DNA of 63,373 bases, filler included, from 4 parts of 4 records of this genome joined end to end with filler, not necessarily neighbours in it; one strand, 5' to 3'. Counted from the whole stretch's first letter, positions 18,845-29,109 are shown. The notes: a model not told the origin generated them from the sequence alone. Translations and numbers: made by a program.

Positions 18845-19882
18845 TTATTTATCGGTCCAATAAACAACAATCTTGCCAACGGATTTTCGTGATTCTAGTA
18901 AATCATGAGCTTTTGCTATATCTTCTGCTTTGAACTCTGCACCCACATGTGGTTTTAACTCGCCGTTTTTCACCAATTCAATTACTCCATTCATGCATCT
19001 TTTCAATATGTGCGGTTTATCATCTCCTATGTTCAGCATGTTCACACCCATCACCGATTTTGATCCCATTACCAAACCGATAGGAATCATTAATCCCATT
19101 TTTCTTACAAAATTTAAACTAGAGAACATCCCAAATTTTGCAGACCTTTCTGAGCCTCCAAACAACACCAATTTCCCTCCTGCCCCGATTAGTTTCATAT
19201 CCTTTTTAAAAGTCGATCCTGCAATTGGATTAAAAGTGGCATCTAACTTTTCTTTTCCCAATTTTTGCTGAATAACTTTCGTATAATCTTCTTTTCGATA
19301 ATTCATGACATGATCTGCTCCATGTTTAGTCATATAGGCCAATTTTTCATCAGAACCGGCATTAGAAAACACTTCACATCCTTTCAGTTTACACAATTGA
19401 ATGAGCGCAGTTCCAACGCCACCAGCCCCAGCATGTATCATTACACGATCTCCTTGATGTAAATTAATGGCGTCATGAGACATATAATAAGCAGTTGCAT
19501 ATTGAACCGCAATTGCGGCAGCTTCACCCGCCGGCATATCTCCAATTTCTGCCACGGCATCTTCACTTGTCACTGCGTATTGGGCATAACCTCCAAAACG
19601 TGTAAAGGCAACTACCCTTTTACCAATAAGATCAGTATTTACGTTTGACGCGACCTCCTCAACAATTCCTACAACTTCATATCCAACTATGCAAGGCATT
19701 TTGGGAGCCGCCTCATAAAGGCCTAATCGCGCCATGACGTCAGCATAATTCAAACCAAAGCATTCTACCTTGATCAAAACAGTGCCTTCAACACATTTAG
19801 GTTTTGCTACTTCTCGGATTTCAAAGGCTTGCTCAGCCGTACCTTTCTTTACTAAAACGGCGGCTTTCATTTGTTGCGTCAT
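18845..19882 (-). CDS. MDR family NADPH:quinone oxidoreductase (VAT-1-like)
   Basis: GLNYADVMARLGLY, HAGAGGVG, AHDLLESRKSVGKIV. Confidence 0.88.
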   Translation of the reverse strand: MTQQMKAAVLVKKGTAEQAFEIREVAKPKCVEGTVLIKVECFGLNYADVMARLGLYEAAPKMPCIVGYEVVGIVEEVASNVNTDLIGKRVVAFTRFGGYAQYAVTSEDAVAEIGDMPAGEAAAIAVQYATAYYMSHDAINLHQGDRVMIHAGAGGVGTALIQLCKLKGCEVFSNAGSDEKLAYMTKHGADHVMNYRKEDYTKVIQQKLGKEKLDATFNPIAGSTFKKDMKLIGAGGKLVLFGGSERSAKFGMFSSLNFVRKMGLMIPIGLVMGSKSVMGVNMLNIGDDKPHILKRCMNGVIELVKNGELKPHVGAEFKAEDIAKAHDLLESRKSVGKIVVYWTDK

Positions 19883-19896
19883 GAATGTTGATTTTT

Positions 19897-20580
19897 TTAA
19901 TCTTTCTTTTTAGAATATCCTTCTACTACTACAACGAATTCACCTTTTATAGGATTTGATTCGAAGTGTTTAATAAGATCTGAAGCAGAACCTCTAATCG
20001 TTTCTTCAAATTTCTTTGAAATTTCACGACAAATCGCAATTTGTCGATCTTCAGCAAAGACTTCTTTAAACTGAGTAAGGGCCTTTACTATTCGGTGAGG
20101 TGATTCATACAGTACAGTTGTTCTCTCCTCTTCCGCAATTTTCTGAATTCTCGTTTGACGGCCTTTTTTATGCGGTAAAAACCCCTCGTAAACAAACTTT
20201 TCACAAGGAAAACCCGAATTGACAAGTGCTGGAACAAAAGCGGTTGCACCCGGCAGGCAATCTACTTCAATATCTGCATTTACACAAGCACGTATCAGTA
20301 AAAAACCTGGGTCTGAAATACCTGGTGTGCCAGCATCTGAGACTAAAGCGTAATCCAATCCGTTCTGAATTTCTTCCACTAACCGATCGACTACTTTATG
20401 TTCATTGTTGAGATGATAGCTGATTAATTTATTTTCAATTTCGTATTTAGAAAATAGGTTTTTTGTTGTACGCGTATCTTCGGCTAAAACAGCATCTACT
20501 TCTTTTAAAATTCGCAGTGCACGAAGTGTAATGTCTTCTAAATTACCGATTGGTGTAGGAACAACGAATAGCTTTCCCAT
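19897..20580 (-). CDS. rsmI: 16S rRNA C1402 2'-O-methyltransferase
   Basis: VPTPIGNLEDITLRA, AEDTR, SDAGTPGISDPG, YESPHR. Confidence 0.95.
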   Translation of the reverse strand: MGKLFVVPTPIGNLEDITLRALRILKEVDAVLAEDTRTTKNLFSKYEIENKLISYHLNNEHKVVDRLVEEIQNGLDYALVSDAGTPGISDPGFLLIRACVNADIEVDCLPGATAFVPALVNSGFPCEKFVYEGFLPHKKGRQTRIQKIAEEERTTVLYESPHRIVKALTQFKEVFAEDRQIAICREISKKFEETIRGSASDLIKHFESNPIKGEFVVVVEGYSKKKD

Positions 20581-21653
20581 TATTCAAAACTTACTTGATA
20601 CATGGTTGGCCACAACTTACCGGTCATTAGAATGGTGTTACTGATTGAATCATAAGCGATCCCATTTAAATAATCAACTCCAATTGGCTGTTCGTTTACA
20701 ATCTCCGAACAATCAATATAGGCAATCACTTTACCTGTTTCTGGGTCAACCTCAACTATTTTAGAATCCGTATAGATGTTGGCAAAAAGACGACCATTAA
20801 TTAACTCCAATTCATTTAATTGCACTACACTGTCAATGTTTCCAAATACGTGGATCTTTCTTACAACCTCAAACGAATGACGATCTCTCCATACAATTTC
20901 ATCTGAACCATTACTCATGATAATATGTTCACCATCATTCGTCAAGCCCCATCCTTCACCAACATAGGTAAATTCATTAATTTTATTGAATTCTAAATCG
21001 TAAACCTGGCATTTTCCCGCACGATAAGTGATTTGATAAATGGTATCATTGATAATAGTCATTCCTTCACCAAAATAATTAGGATCTAAATCAACCTGTC
21101 TTTTTATTAATCCCGATTTAAGATCAGTTTCTGCAACGTAAGATGTTCCGTATTGCCCTGTGCTTTCAAATAAATTCCCTTTATAAAATTCGAGTCCTTG
21201 TGTATAGGATTTTGGATCATGCGGATATTTATTAATGACCTTCAACTTCTTGTTTACTGGCTCGACATCCGAGAATAAGACCACACTTCTCGTGTCAATG
21301 TGGTTTTTACCATCTGTTCCGAAATAAACTAATTTCACTTCTAATTTACCTACTCGCGCATCAATAGTTGGAATAGTGATTTTCTGATTTTCTTTGGATA
21401 GGTCTGTTTGAATCAATTCATTATCAAAAAACAATTCTAATAAATCAATCTCTTCTGGTTTGTTGATTCTAATATCGACAACAATTTCATCTCCAACTGT
21501 ATATTGTTCATTATTTGTCGGTGAAACTATTTGTGTTGCAGGAGTAACAGTAGTTTCAGGATTATCTTGAGGCTGTTCTCCGGTACAAGATTTAGCAATT
21601 GGAATAAGCACCAATGCACAGAGAACGACAAGAATAAAAATGTACTTTTTCAT
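20580..21653 (-). CDS. Glutaminyl-peptide cyclotransferase (type II QC) lipoprotein with Ig-like N-domain
   Basis: YPHDPKSYTQGL, ESTGQYG, FGEG, EGWGL, LNELE, LNGIAY, TGKLWP. Confidence 0.9.
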   Translation of the reverse strand: MKKYIFILVVLCALVLIPIAKSCTGEQPQDNPETTVTPATQIVSPTNNEQYTVGDEIVVDIRINKPEEIDLLELFFDNELIQTDLSKENQKITIPTIDARVGKLEVKLVYFGTDGKNHIDTRSVVLFSDVEPVNKKLKVINKYPHDPKSYTQGLEFYKGNLFESTGQYGTSYVAETDLKSGLIKRQVDLDPNYFGEGMTIINDTIYQITYRAGKCQVYDLEFNKINEFTYVGEGWGLTNDGEHIIMSNGSDEIVWRDRHSFEVVRKIHVFGNIDSVVQLNELELINGRLFANIYTDSKIVEVDPETGKVIAYIDCSEIVNEQPIGVDYLNGIAYDSISNTILMTGKLWPTMYQVSFE

Positions 21654-21654
21654 T

Positions 21655-22380
21655 TTAAAAATTCGCTATCATTTCCATTAAAACCTGTTTTTTTCTAGTA
21701 GATACAGGCACTCTAGTTCCATCCTTCATAATGATGTATCCATCAGATTTAATGAACTCTTTTATAAATGTGGTATTGATTAAATGTGATTGATGAACTC
21801 TAATAAAACTGTGGTCTGAAAGGAGTTTATCGAATTCTTTCAAGGTTTTAGTGACTAACAATTTAGTTCCATCAGTAAAATAGAACATAGTGTAGTTAAT
21901 GTTAGATTCACAACGCAAAATTTCATCCACCTGAACAATATGAATTTTCTCTAAGGTGTTAAGAGCAATACGTTTTGCCTGGTTAAAGTTTTCCTTTAAC
22001 AGTTCTATTCGCTCAGCAGGTTTATCTTGCTTTTCAATCTTACTTACAGCATCCATTAATTCATCTGGATCGATTGGTTTTAACAAGTAATCAACAGCCG
22101 AAAACTTAAAAGCTTTTACCGCAAATTCATCAGATGCCGTTGTAAAAATCAACTTAAATTTGACTTCAGGTAAAATCTCTAGTAAATCAAAACCAGTTCC
22201 GTCTTGCATCTGAATATCAAGAAAAACGAGATCCGGATTTAACTCTTTAATAATTTTAGCTCCGCTTACTACACCTTCTGCGCTACCCACTACTTCAATG
22301 TTAACACAATAATTCTCTAAGTCTGATTTCAATACAGTGATCGCCTCAGGAATGTCATCAATGATTACAGCTCTTATCAT
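21655..22380 (-). CDS. LytTR family response regulator
   Basis: REC domain (LVFLDIQM, DYLLKP) plus LytTR (FIRVHQSHLIN). Confidence 0.92.
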   Translation of the reverse strand: MIRAVIIDDIPEAITVLKSDLENYCVNIEVVGSAEGVVSGAKIIKELNPDLVFLDIQMQDGTGFDLLEILPEVKFKLIFTTASDEFAVKAFKFSAVDYLLKPIDPDELMDAVSKIEKQDKPAERIELLKENFNQAKRIALNTLEKIHIVQVDEILRCESNINYTMFYFTDGTKLLVTKTLKEFDKLLSDHSFIRVHQSHLINTTFIKEFIKSDGYIIMKDGTRVPVSTRKKQVLMEMIANF

Positions 22381-22381
22381 T

Positions 22382-22750
22382 TTACAAATTCATTTTAATG
22401 CTTGCTACACTGATTTGATTGTGTGAAGCGTTGTAAATACTTTTACCGTCCTTAACCAAAATAACTTGAGGTGATTGATGTTCAACTTCAAAGGTTTCGG
22501 CTAATAAATTAGAAAGGTTTCTGAAGTTAATCAAATCTAAATAAACTGGGGTAACGTCCTCCAAATCCCAGTCACTTTCTACTCTGTTTAGTGCCATTGA
22601 GCTTATTGAACAACGTATGCTGTGCTTAAAAAACATTACGGGATGCTCATTCGATTCTTGAATGAACTCTTTTAATTGTGCTTCATTTGTGAACTTAACC
22701 CAATTTATGTTTTGCTCTTTTTTAGAAGCTCCGAAAGAAAATAAACCCAT
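22382..22750 (-). CDS. ytxJ: Bacillithiol system redox-active protein YtxJ/BrxC (DUF2847)
   Basis: FKHSIRCSIS, HQSPQV, ASH. Confidence 0.85.
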   Translation of the reverse strand: MGLFSFGASKKEQNINWVKFTNEAQLKEFIQESNEHPVMFFKHSIRCSISSMALNRVESDWDLEDVTPVYLDLINFRNLSNLLAETFEVEHQSPQVILVKDGKSIYNASHNQISVASIKMNL

Positions 22751-23781
22751 TAATAAGCCGATTTAAACTGATTTAAAAATCGCACGTCATTTTCAGAATA
22801 TAATCTTAAATCACCAACTCGATACTTTAACTGCGCTATTCTTTCCACACCCATACCAAAGGCAAAACCAGAATATACTTTAGGGTCAATATTAGCTGAC
22901 TCCAACACATTTGGATCAACCATTCCACAACCTAAAATCTCTAACCAGCCTGTGTATTTGCAAACGTTGCAGCCTTCAGATTTACAAATGGTGCAAGAAA
23001 CATCTACCTCAGCGCTTGGTTCAGTAAATGGAAAATAAGAAGGTCTAAGCCTTATCTCAGCAGAACCTCCAAACATTTCTTGTGCAAAATATAATAGCGT
23101 CTGCTTTAAGTCAGCAAAAGATACATTTTTGTCAATATATAATCCTTCAACTTGATGAAAGAAGCAATGCGCTCTGGCAGATATAGCTTCATTTCTATAA
23201 ACACGTCCAGGAGAAATCGTTCTAATTGGTGGTTTTTCATTTTCCATAACCCTCACTTGAACCGAAGAAGTATGAGTTCTTAAAGCCATCTCTTTTTCTC
23301 CTTTTTCGATAAAGAAAGTATCCTGCATATCTCTTGCAGGATGTTCAGGTGGGAAATTTAAGGCAGAAAAATTATGCCAGTCATCCTCAATTTCTGGACC
23401 TTCGGATACAGAAAAACCAATTCTACCAAATATTTCAATAATTTCATTTCGAATAACCGCCAAAGGATGCCTAGCTCCAAGCTCTACTTTTTCAGCAGGT
23501 CGACTATGATCAATCTTAGATTGACCCATTTGATTTTTATCGGCATTTAATTTTTTACCCTCTTCAAACTTTTCCTCCGCCAAATTTTTAAGGGAATTAA
23601 TTAATTGGCCAAAATCTTTTTTCTGTTCGTTTGGAACGGATTTTAACTCTTGATACAGTCCCTTTAAAATATTTTTACTCCCCAAGAATTTAATCCTGAA
23701 TGTCTCTAAAACCTCTTCTCCTTTGAGCTTTGAGCTATTAATTTCGGCCTTTAATTCTTCTATTTTCTCTTTTAAATTCAT
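22750..23781 (-). CDS. pheS: Phenylalanine-tRNA ligase alpha subunit
   Basis: HPARDMQDTF, LRTHTSSVQ, FHQVEGL, RPSYFPFTEPS, GFAFGMGVER. Confidence 0.97.
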   Translation of the reverse strand: MNLKEKIEELKAEINSSKLKGEEVLETFRIKFLGSKNILKGLYQELKSVPNEQKKDFGQLINSLKNLAEEKFEEGKKLNADKNQMGQSKIDHSRPAEKVELGARHPLAVIRNEIIEIFGRIGFSVSEGPEIEDDWHNFSALNFPPEHPARDMQDTFFIEKGEKEMALRTHTSSVQVRVMENEKPPIRTISPGRVYRNEAISARAHCFFHQVEGLYIDKNVSFADLKQTLLYFAQEMFGGSAEIRLRPSYFPFTEPSAEVDVSCTICKSEGCNVCKYTGWLEILGCGMVDPNVLESANIDPKVYSGFAFGMGVERIAQLKYRVGDLRLYSENDVRFLNQFKSAY

Positions 23782-23868
23782 TCCAAGTGTAACTTTTGGC
23801 GGTGCGACTTTGTTTTACGTACAACCAAAACAAAGATTTTAGTTAACAAAATTACAAAAAATTAAGTT

Positions 23869-24255
23869 ATGAAATCTTTAGAATACAAGGGCTACTTGGC
23901 GATTATTGTTATTTGCTCACTGGCTCTATTTACTAGTTGTAGAAAAGAAAAAACGACTTTGGCAAAAATCAAAGTAGTAAATGAACTAAACGAAGTTCAG
24001 GATAATGCAATGGTGAGGTTGTGGCCAAACCCTGACCCTGTTTTGAATCAAATAGTTGTTGACGACACAACATTTACAGATTCAGAAGGGCTGAGTTATT
24101 TTGATTACACGGATGAATTTAACCTAGGTACTGCAGGGTTTAGAGTCTTAGAAATTGAAGTAGAAACCGTAGACGGTTTGTCAAGAGGTTCTGGAATAAT
24201 TAAAATTGTAGAGGAAGAGACAACTGAGGTAACAGTTGTGGTTAATCCAATTTAA
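23869..24255 (+). CDS. Hypothetical lipoprotein, paralogue 1
   Basis: Lipobox FTSC followed by RKE; paralogue of next gene. Confidence 0.75.
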   Translation: MKSLEYKGYLAIIVICSLALFTSCRKEKTTLAKIKVVNELNEVQDNAMVRLWPNPDPVLNQIVVDDTTFTDSEGLSYFDYTDEFNLGTAGFRVLEIEVETVDGLSRGSGIIKIVEEETTEVTVVVNPI

Positions 24256-24379
24256 TTTTAAAAAAAGCCAACTTTTTGCAATTGAAAACCGTATAGAATG
24301 TAGGATATACGATTAATTGATGAAAAAATCGTATTTTTGTTAGAGACTAAGAATTATATATTTACAAATAAGATAAGAA

Positions 24380-24769
24380 ATGAAAAGGTTTTACGCTAAA
24401 CTGGGGATAATAACAATGTTTGCTGCATTTGTAGGAATAGCATCTTTATCTTCATGCCGAAAAGAGGGTTCGACAGTTGCTAAGATTAAGGTAGTTGATA
24501 CTTCTGGAGTAGCATTCCCTGGAGCTATGGTTAGACTTTATCCAACTCCTTCAGTGGCCGATCACGGAGCTATCATTATTGACGACACTATGTTTGCAGA
24601 TGCTGACGGATACGCAACCTTTGATTACACAGACATGTTCAATCTTGGACAAGCTGGATTTACAGTATTAGATATTGAAATTAGAAGTGGTGACTCTTTA
24701 TATGGAGAGGGAATTATTAAGATTGTTGAAGAAGAAACAACAGAAGAAGTTGTAATTCTACAGCCTTAA
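24380..24769 (+). CDS. Hypothetical lipoprotein, paralogue 2
   Basis: Lipobox LSSC followed by RKE; shares AKIKVV, AMVRL, FDYTD.FNLG.AGF and GIIKIVEEETTE with paralogue 1. Confidence 0.75.
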   Translation: MKRFYAKLGIITMFAAFVGIASLSSCRKEGSTVAKIKVVDTSGVAFPGAMVRLYPTPSVADHGAIIIDDTMFADADGYATFDYTDMFNLGQAGFTVLDIEIRSGDSLYGEGIIKIVEEETTEEVVILQP

Positions 24770-24789
24770 TTCATTTTTATAAAATTATT

Positions 24790-24821
24790 AAACCCCGATT
24801 GAATTCAATCGGGGTTTTTTT
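24790..24821 (+). terminator. Intrinsic terminator
   Basis: Palindrome AAACCCCGATTGAATTCAATCGGGGTTT plus T-run. Confidence 0.8.
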
Positions 24822-24854
24822 ATGCCCTTCAATGATATTGTGTAATTTTGAGCT

Positions 24855-25439
24855 ATGCTGGAAAACGCCTTGAACGTAGAAAACAAGCCAAGTGAAATTA
24901 AAGTTTGGTCAGTAAACGAAGATTATGGTTTTGAAATTTGTTCTATAAAATCTGAGCAAAATAAATTTCTGCTTGTGTTTACCAGAGGCTTATCTGATAC
25001 ACCTCAGCGCGTTAATGAAGAGCATCAAGATTTAGCACAGATTGAACTCTATTTTTGCTTGCCTGAATATTTTAATCTAGAAACCGAAGTTTGGCCAATT
25101 AAATGGTTAGAAAAAATAGCTTCTATTCCGCAGAAAAACAGCACTTGGTTGGGTATCGGTGATACTATACCTGCTGGGAATCCTCCTGAAGACCTGTCGG
25201 AACAGTTAGCTTGCAATCATTTTATTATCATGGAGCCAAAATGGATGGCCAAGTTCATTACCAGACAATCAGACCTTAAATTCCTAGCTGTACTTCCCAT
25301 CTTTCAAGAAGAGTTAGATTTCAAATTACGTAACTCACATACTGTTCTCTTTAAAAAACTTGAAAACAAAAGTGTTTCTGAAATGGTCGATACCTATCGC
25401 AGGTCCGTTTGTCGAAAAAGGCTATTTGGAATGATTTAA
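24855..25439 (+). CDS. Suppressor of fused (SuFu) domain protein
   Basis: TRGLS, IELYFCLP, WPIKWL, WLGIGDT, FLAVLPIFQEELDFK. Confidence 0.8.
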   Translation: MLENALNVENKPSEIKVWSVNEDYGFEICSIKSEQNKFLLVFTRGLSDTPQRVNEEHQDLAQIELYFCLPEYFNLETEVWPIKWLEKIASIPQKNSTWLGIGDTIPAGNPPEDLSEQLACNHFIIMEPKWMAKFITRQSDLKFLAVLPIFQEELDFKLRNSHTVLFKKLENKSVSEMVDTYRRSVCRKRLFGMI

Positions 25440-25609
25440 GATATATCTGTTTAAACAGCTATATTATCTATAAAAGTCGATTTTTTATCGAAATTTTTTA
25501 AATTGCTCACATTTAATGGTTTTAAATGTTTATTTTTAAACACTCTTATTGGTTGCCAGCTACTAAATTCGTAACTTATAAGAAATGAAAGCTACTAAAC
25601 GAAATAAAA

Positions 25610-25933
25610 ATGCAACGACTTACTCCAGCCGAGGAACAAGTGATGCTAAGATTATGGGGGTTACAACAGGCCACAGTTCAGGAAATAATTAATTTTTATC
25701 CAGCACCGAAACCTGCCTATAATACAACATCTACCATTGTTCGAATACTTGAACGTAAAGGCTATATTAAACATAAGAAAAAGGGGAGGGGATATATTTA
25801 CCTTCCAAAAATCAAGCGAACTGAATACCGCAATTTTTTAGCAAAATGGTTGCTGGATAATTACTTTGATGGGTCTAATCAAGAAATCATCAATCATTTC
25901 AATGAAAATAAAAGCTTAGACGAATTGCTTTAA
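25610..25933 (+). CDS. BlaI/MecI/CopY family transcriptional regulator
   Basis: LTPAEEQVMLRLW, PAYNTTSTIVRILERKG, YFDGS. Confidence 0.9.
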   Translation: MQRLTPAEEQVMLRLWGLQQATVQEIINFYPAPKPAYNTTSTIVRILERKGYIKHKKKGRGYIYLPKIKRTEYRNFLAKWLLDNYFDGSNQEIINHFNENKSLDELL

Positions 25934-26418
25934 GCTGGATCCATTTCCATTAACTCAACTCTAAATCCGACATCTAAAATCTCAGGTAATACTTTTTGCC
26001 TCATAGCATGTTCTAACTGAAATTTATACGTTCCTGGAGTAGTAAATCTACCTCCTTTAAAAATTAAGATCTTGTTTTCAACGACAGTCCCGGAACTTTC
26101 ACCCAACCATTCACCAGAAGGTTCTGCCAATATGAATTCTAGTGTGTCTTTGTCTGCGTATCCATCAGGATAATTAGAGTATAAAAACATAAACAAATTC
26201 GAGAAAGCATAATCAGTACTTGTACGCACGTTAATGTACAAGTTTAACGGACTTAATGTGTCTGAAATATCGAATTCAAAAGTCTTAATATCATCATGAT
26301 GCCAACCGTCATCAGCTACTGCAAAATTCTCTTCGTAAAGTTTATTGCTGTCACATGAAATCAAAATCAACGACAACAACACCGTGAAAAACAGTCTATT
26401 CAGTTTTTTTACTTTCAT
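25930..26418 (-). CDS. gldH: Gliding motility lipoprotein GldH
   Basis: Lipobox LISC, YAFSNLF, DTLEFILAEPSGEWLG, EHAMR; start ATG 26418. Confidence 0.88.
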   Translation of the reverse strand: MKVKKLNRLFFTVLLSLILISCDSNKLYEENFAVADDGWHHDDIKTFEFDISDTLSPLNLYINVRTSTDYAFSNLFMFLYSNYPDGYADKDTLEFILAEPSGEWLGESSGTVVENKILIFKGGRFTTPGTYKFQLEHAMRQKVLPEILDVGFRVELMEMDPA

Positions 26419-27802
26419 CTGATTTAGGCTTATTTGGACGTCTATTGTTCTTCTTTTTTTGATTTGGGTTGGGCTTACTTCCTTGTTTCGCGTTTTGGGC
26501 CTTAGGTTTATTCTTATTCGGTCCTTTAGCTTTAGGCTTATTCGAATTTTGCGGTTTAACATCACCCTTAGGAGCTTGCTTTTTCTTATTAGGATGATTT
26601 GGCTTTTTCTTATTCGAATTTTCTCCTTTATTATTTTGCGCCTTATGCCCAGATTTATTATTGTTTGAACGTTTCTTATTTTTATTCTTCTTTTTTCGCT
26701 TAAAGACATTATCAAAACGATTCAAGCTGTCCTGACCAACGACATTTGTATAATCTGGTTCTTCCACTTCAATCTCTACAATAAAGTCTTTCAAATCAAC
26801 CGGCTTTTTACCGGCTTTATTCATTGCAATTATTTCTTTAACGCGTTCTGGCGACAATGGTACAAAGACACCTGGACCTTTCGAATCTTTCTCCTGCTGC
26901 AGATACCACATTTGCTCTTTAAACACATCCGTTTTAACATGAAATGCGATACCCTTTTGAGTTTGTAATTTTGTGTCAGCTTTTGGGAATTTTTTCAAAG
27001 CCTCTACATAACTATCTAACTCATAATTCAAGCAGCACTTCAACTTCCCGCATTGACCTGCTAATTTTTGAGGGTTCAACGAAAGCTGTTGATATCTGGC
27101 AGATGCAGTAGATACTGACCTAAAGTCAGTTAACCAGGTTGAGCAACACAATTCGCGCCCACAAGAACCTATACCACCCAAACGAGCAGCCTCTTGTCGA
27201 ACACCAATCTGCTTCATTTCAACTCTTACCTTGAATTCGTCAGCCAAATTTCTAATCAACTGCCTGAAATCAACACGGTCTTCTGCAGTATAATAAAAGG
27301 TAGCTTTATTGCCATCACCTTGATATTCTATATCCGAGATTTTCATTTGAAGCGCCAATTGAGAAGCCAATTCTCTTGACTTGTACATGGTCATCTTCTC
27401 TTTCTCTCGATAATTCTTCCACTTCTCAACATCTTCAATTGTTGCCTTTCTGACAACATTTCGTGCTTCATGAGCTTTAAAGTTCGGTGCTTTTTTTCTG
27501 ACTTGAATTCTGGCTAATTCACCAGTAACAGAAACAATTCCAATGTCATAACCTGGACTTGCTTCAACTGCTACTATATCTCCAACCTGTAGATTCAATC
27601 CTTTTAGGTTTCTAAAAAATGATTTTCTAGAATTTTTGAATCTTACTTCAATTATATCGTAAGTGCTTTGACCATTTGGCAATTCAACATTTGCCAACCA
27701 ATCATAAACAGCTAATTTATCGCATCCGCCGGTGCCACAGGCACCGTTACTTTTACATCCATTCGGCACACCATTTGAACTTGAACAATTCGTGCATCCC
27801 AT
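26396..27802 (-). CDS. ricT: PSP1/RicT (YaaT) family Fe-S protein with K/N-rich tail
   Basis: FYYTAEDRVDFRQL, GSCGRELCCS, KLAGQCGKLKCCLNYE. Confidence 0.88.
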   Translation of the reverse strand: MGCTNCSSSNGVPNGCKSNGACGTGGCDKLAVYDWLANVELPNGQSTYDIIEVRFKNSRKSFFRNLKGLNLQVGDIVAVEASPGYDIGIVSVTGELARIQVRKKAPNFKAHEARNVVRKATIEDVEKWKNYREKEKMTMYKSRELASQLALQMKISDIEYQGDGNKATFYYTAEDRVDFRQLIRNLADEFKVRVEMKQIGVRQEAARLGGIGSCGRELCCSTWLTDFRSVSTASARYQQLSLNPQKLAGQCGKLKCCLNYELDSYVEALKKFPKADTKLQTQKGIAFHVKTDVFKEQMWYLQQEKDSKGPGVFVPLSPERVKEIIAMNKAGKKPVDLKDFIVEIEVEEPDYTNVVGQDSLNRFDNVFKRKKKNKNKKRSNNNKSGHKAQNNKGENSNKKKPNHPNKKKQAPKGDVKPQNSNKPKAKGPNKNKPKAQNAKQGSKPNPNQKKKNNRRPNKPKSDESKKTE

Positions 27803-27865
27803 AGTAAAAATTTATAGTGTCAAAGTTAAGAATTTGGCTTAGAAATTAAACCATAAACAATCAAC

Positions 27866-29068
27866 TTAATAAACAATCTCAATGTTTTGGGCTCTTGAGA
27901 GGTACTTACTGATGACTAATTGCTGATCATCAGTAATTCCAAGGTCTCCTAGATTTAAATATTCTAGTTTATCTAATTCTCCTATCAAAGCTGGAATTTC
28001 ATAAATAGAGGTGCCTGATAAATCAAGAGACCTTAAGGATTTTAATCTAAAAAAACTTTCTGGTAAAAGGGTTAAGGGGTTTTCATCTAAAGCGATATCA
28101 TTTAAGCCTATCATCTCTCCTATATTTTCAGGTAATGATGTTATTCTGTTTGATGAAAAATGCATGGATTCTAGCTTTGACAAATTTGTAAAACTTTCAG
28201 GAACTGTTGAAATGCGGTTGTAATCAACATTTAATTCTTGCAAAGACACTAAATCTCCAATAGATTCTGGAAGTTTGTTTAACTTATTGTCACTTAAATC
28301 AAGTTCTTTTAACTGAGTTAATGCACCCAGTTCAAGCGGTAATTTTTTCAATTTATTCTCATAGAGAAATAAAAACTCAAGTCGCTCCAACTGGGCGATT
28401 GCGTTTGGCAATTTTTTAATCTGATTATCCCCAAAATCTAAAATTGTTAACTCCTGACAAGAAAATAATTCGGCTGGGAACTTTTTGAATTTATTGCTGC
28501 CAATGTAAACCGCCTCTAGGTTGTCCAGCTCTTCAAAAGAATCGGGTAATTTGCTTAATTCATTGACGTAAAGGTCTGCGACAATTAAATTCTTCATTTG
28601 ACCAATATTCTCAGGCAATTCAACTAGATTGTTAACGTATAAGTCTAGCTTTGAAAGTCCGGTCAAGGTGCAAAATCCATCCGGCAATTTGGTTAATTTA
28701 TTTTTGTGGAGTGTAAGCTCTCTTAAATTCTTAAGGTTTCCTATGGAATCGTGCAACTTAATTAACCCATTATCATTTAGCCTTAAATATTGAAGTTTGC
28801 TTAATCTTGTCAACTCTAACGGTAGTTCAATTAGATCATTTTTTGAGAGATCTAAATATTGTACATTGACAAAACGATCTATATTTTCCGGCACGTCCTT
28901 TAAATCCTTACTAGATAGATTCAGAACTACAACGTCTTCCGGATTTTGACTAGCCTCTAATATTGAAGTAAACTCTTTCTGATTGCGAATCTGATCTAAT
29001 GTCAACAGTTGAGCCCCAAGCAAAAACGGAAGCATGCTCAAAACGACAAATAAACCAACTTTTTTCAC
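27866..29068 (-). CDS. Secreted leucine-rich repeat protein
   Basis: Signal peptide; about 14-15 repeats of about 23 aa (LxxLxLxxNxLxxLP). Confidence 0.9.
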   Translation of the reverse strand: MKKVGLFVVLSMLPFLLGAQLLTLDQIRNQKEFTSILEASQNPEDVVVLNLSSKDLKDVPENIDRFVNVQYLDLSKNDLIELPLELTRLSKLQYLRLNDNGLIKLHDSIGNLKNLRELTLHKNKLTKLPDGFCTLTGLSKLDLYVNNLVELPENIGQMKNLIVADLYVNELSKLPDSFEELDNLEAVYIGSNKFKKFPAELFSCQELTILDFGDNQIKKLPNAIAQLERLEFLFLYENKLKKLPLELGALTQLKELDLSDNKLNKLPESIGDLVSLQELNVDYNRISTVPESFTNLSKLESMHFSSNRITSLPENIGEMIGLNDIALDENPLTLLPESFFRLKSLRSLDLSGTSIYEIPALIGELDKLEYLNLGDLGITDDQQLVISKYLSRAQNIEIVY

Positions 29069-29109
29069 AGAATAATTTTCACTTTTGTACTATGTATCCA
29101 GTGGAAAGG

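Noticed and set aside
22750..23781. pheS without adjacent pheT
   Set aside because: A split pheS/pheT arrangement is ordinary in Bacteroidota
26419..26715. N-terminal extension of GldH in the ORF track
   Set aside because: Alternate-frame read of the low-complexity ricT tail; the lipoprotein signal begins near 26418
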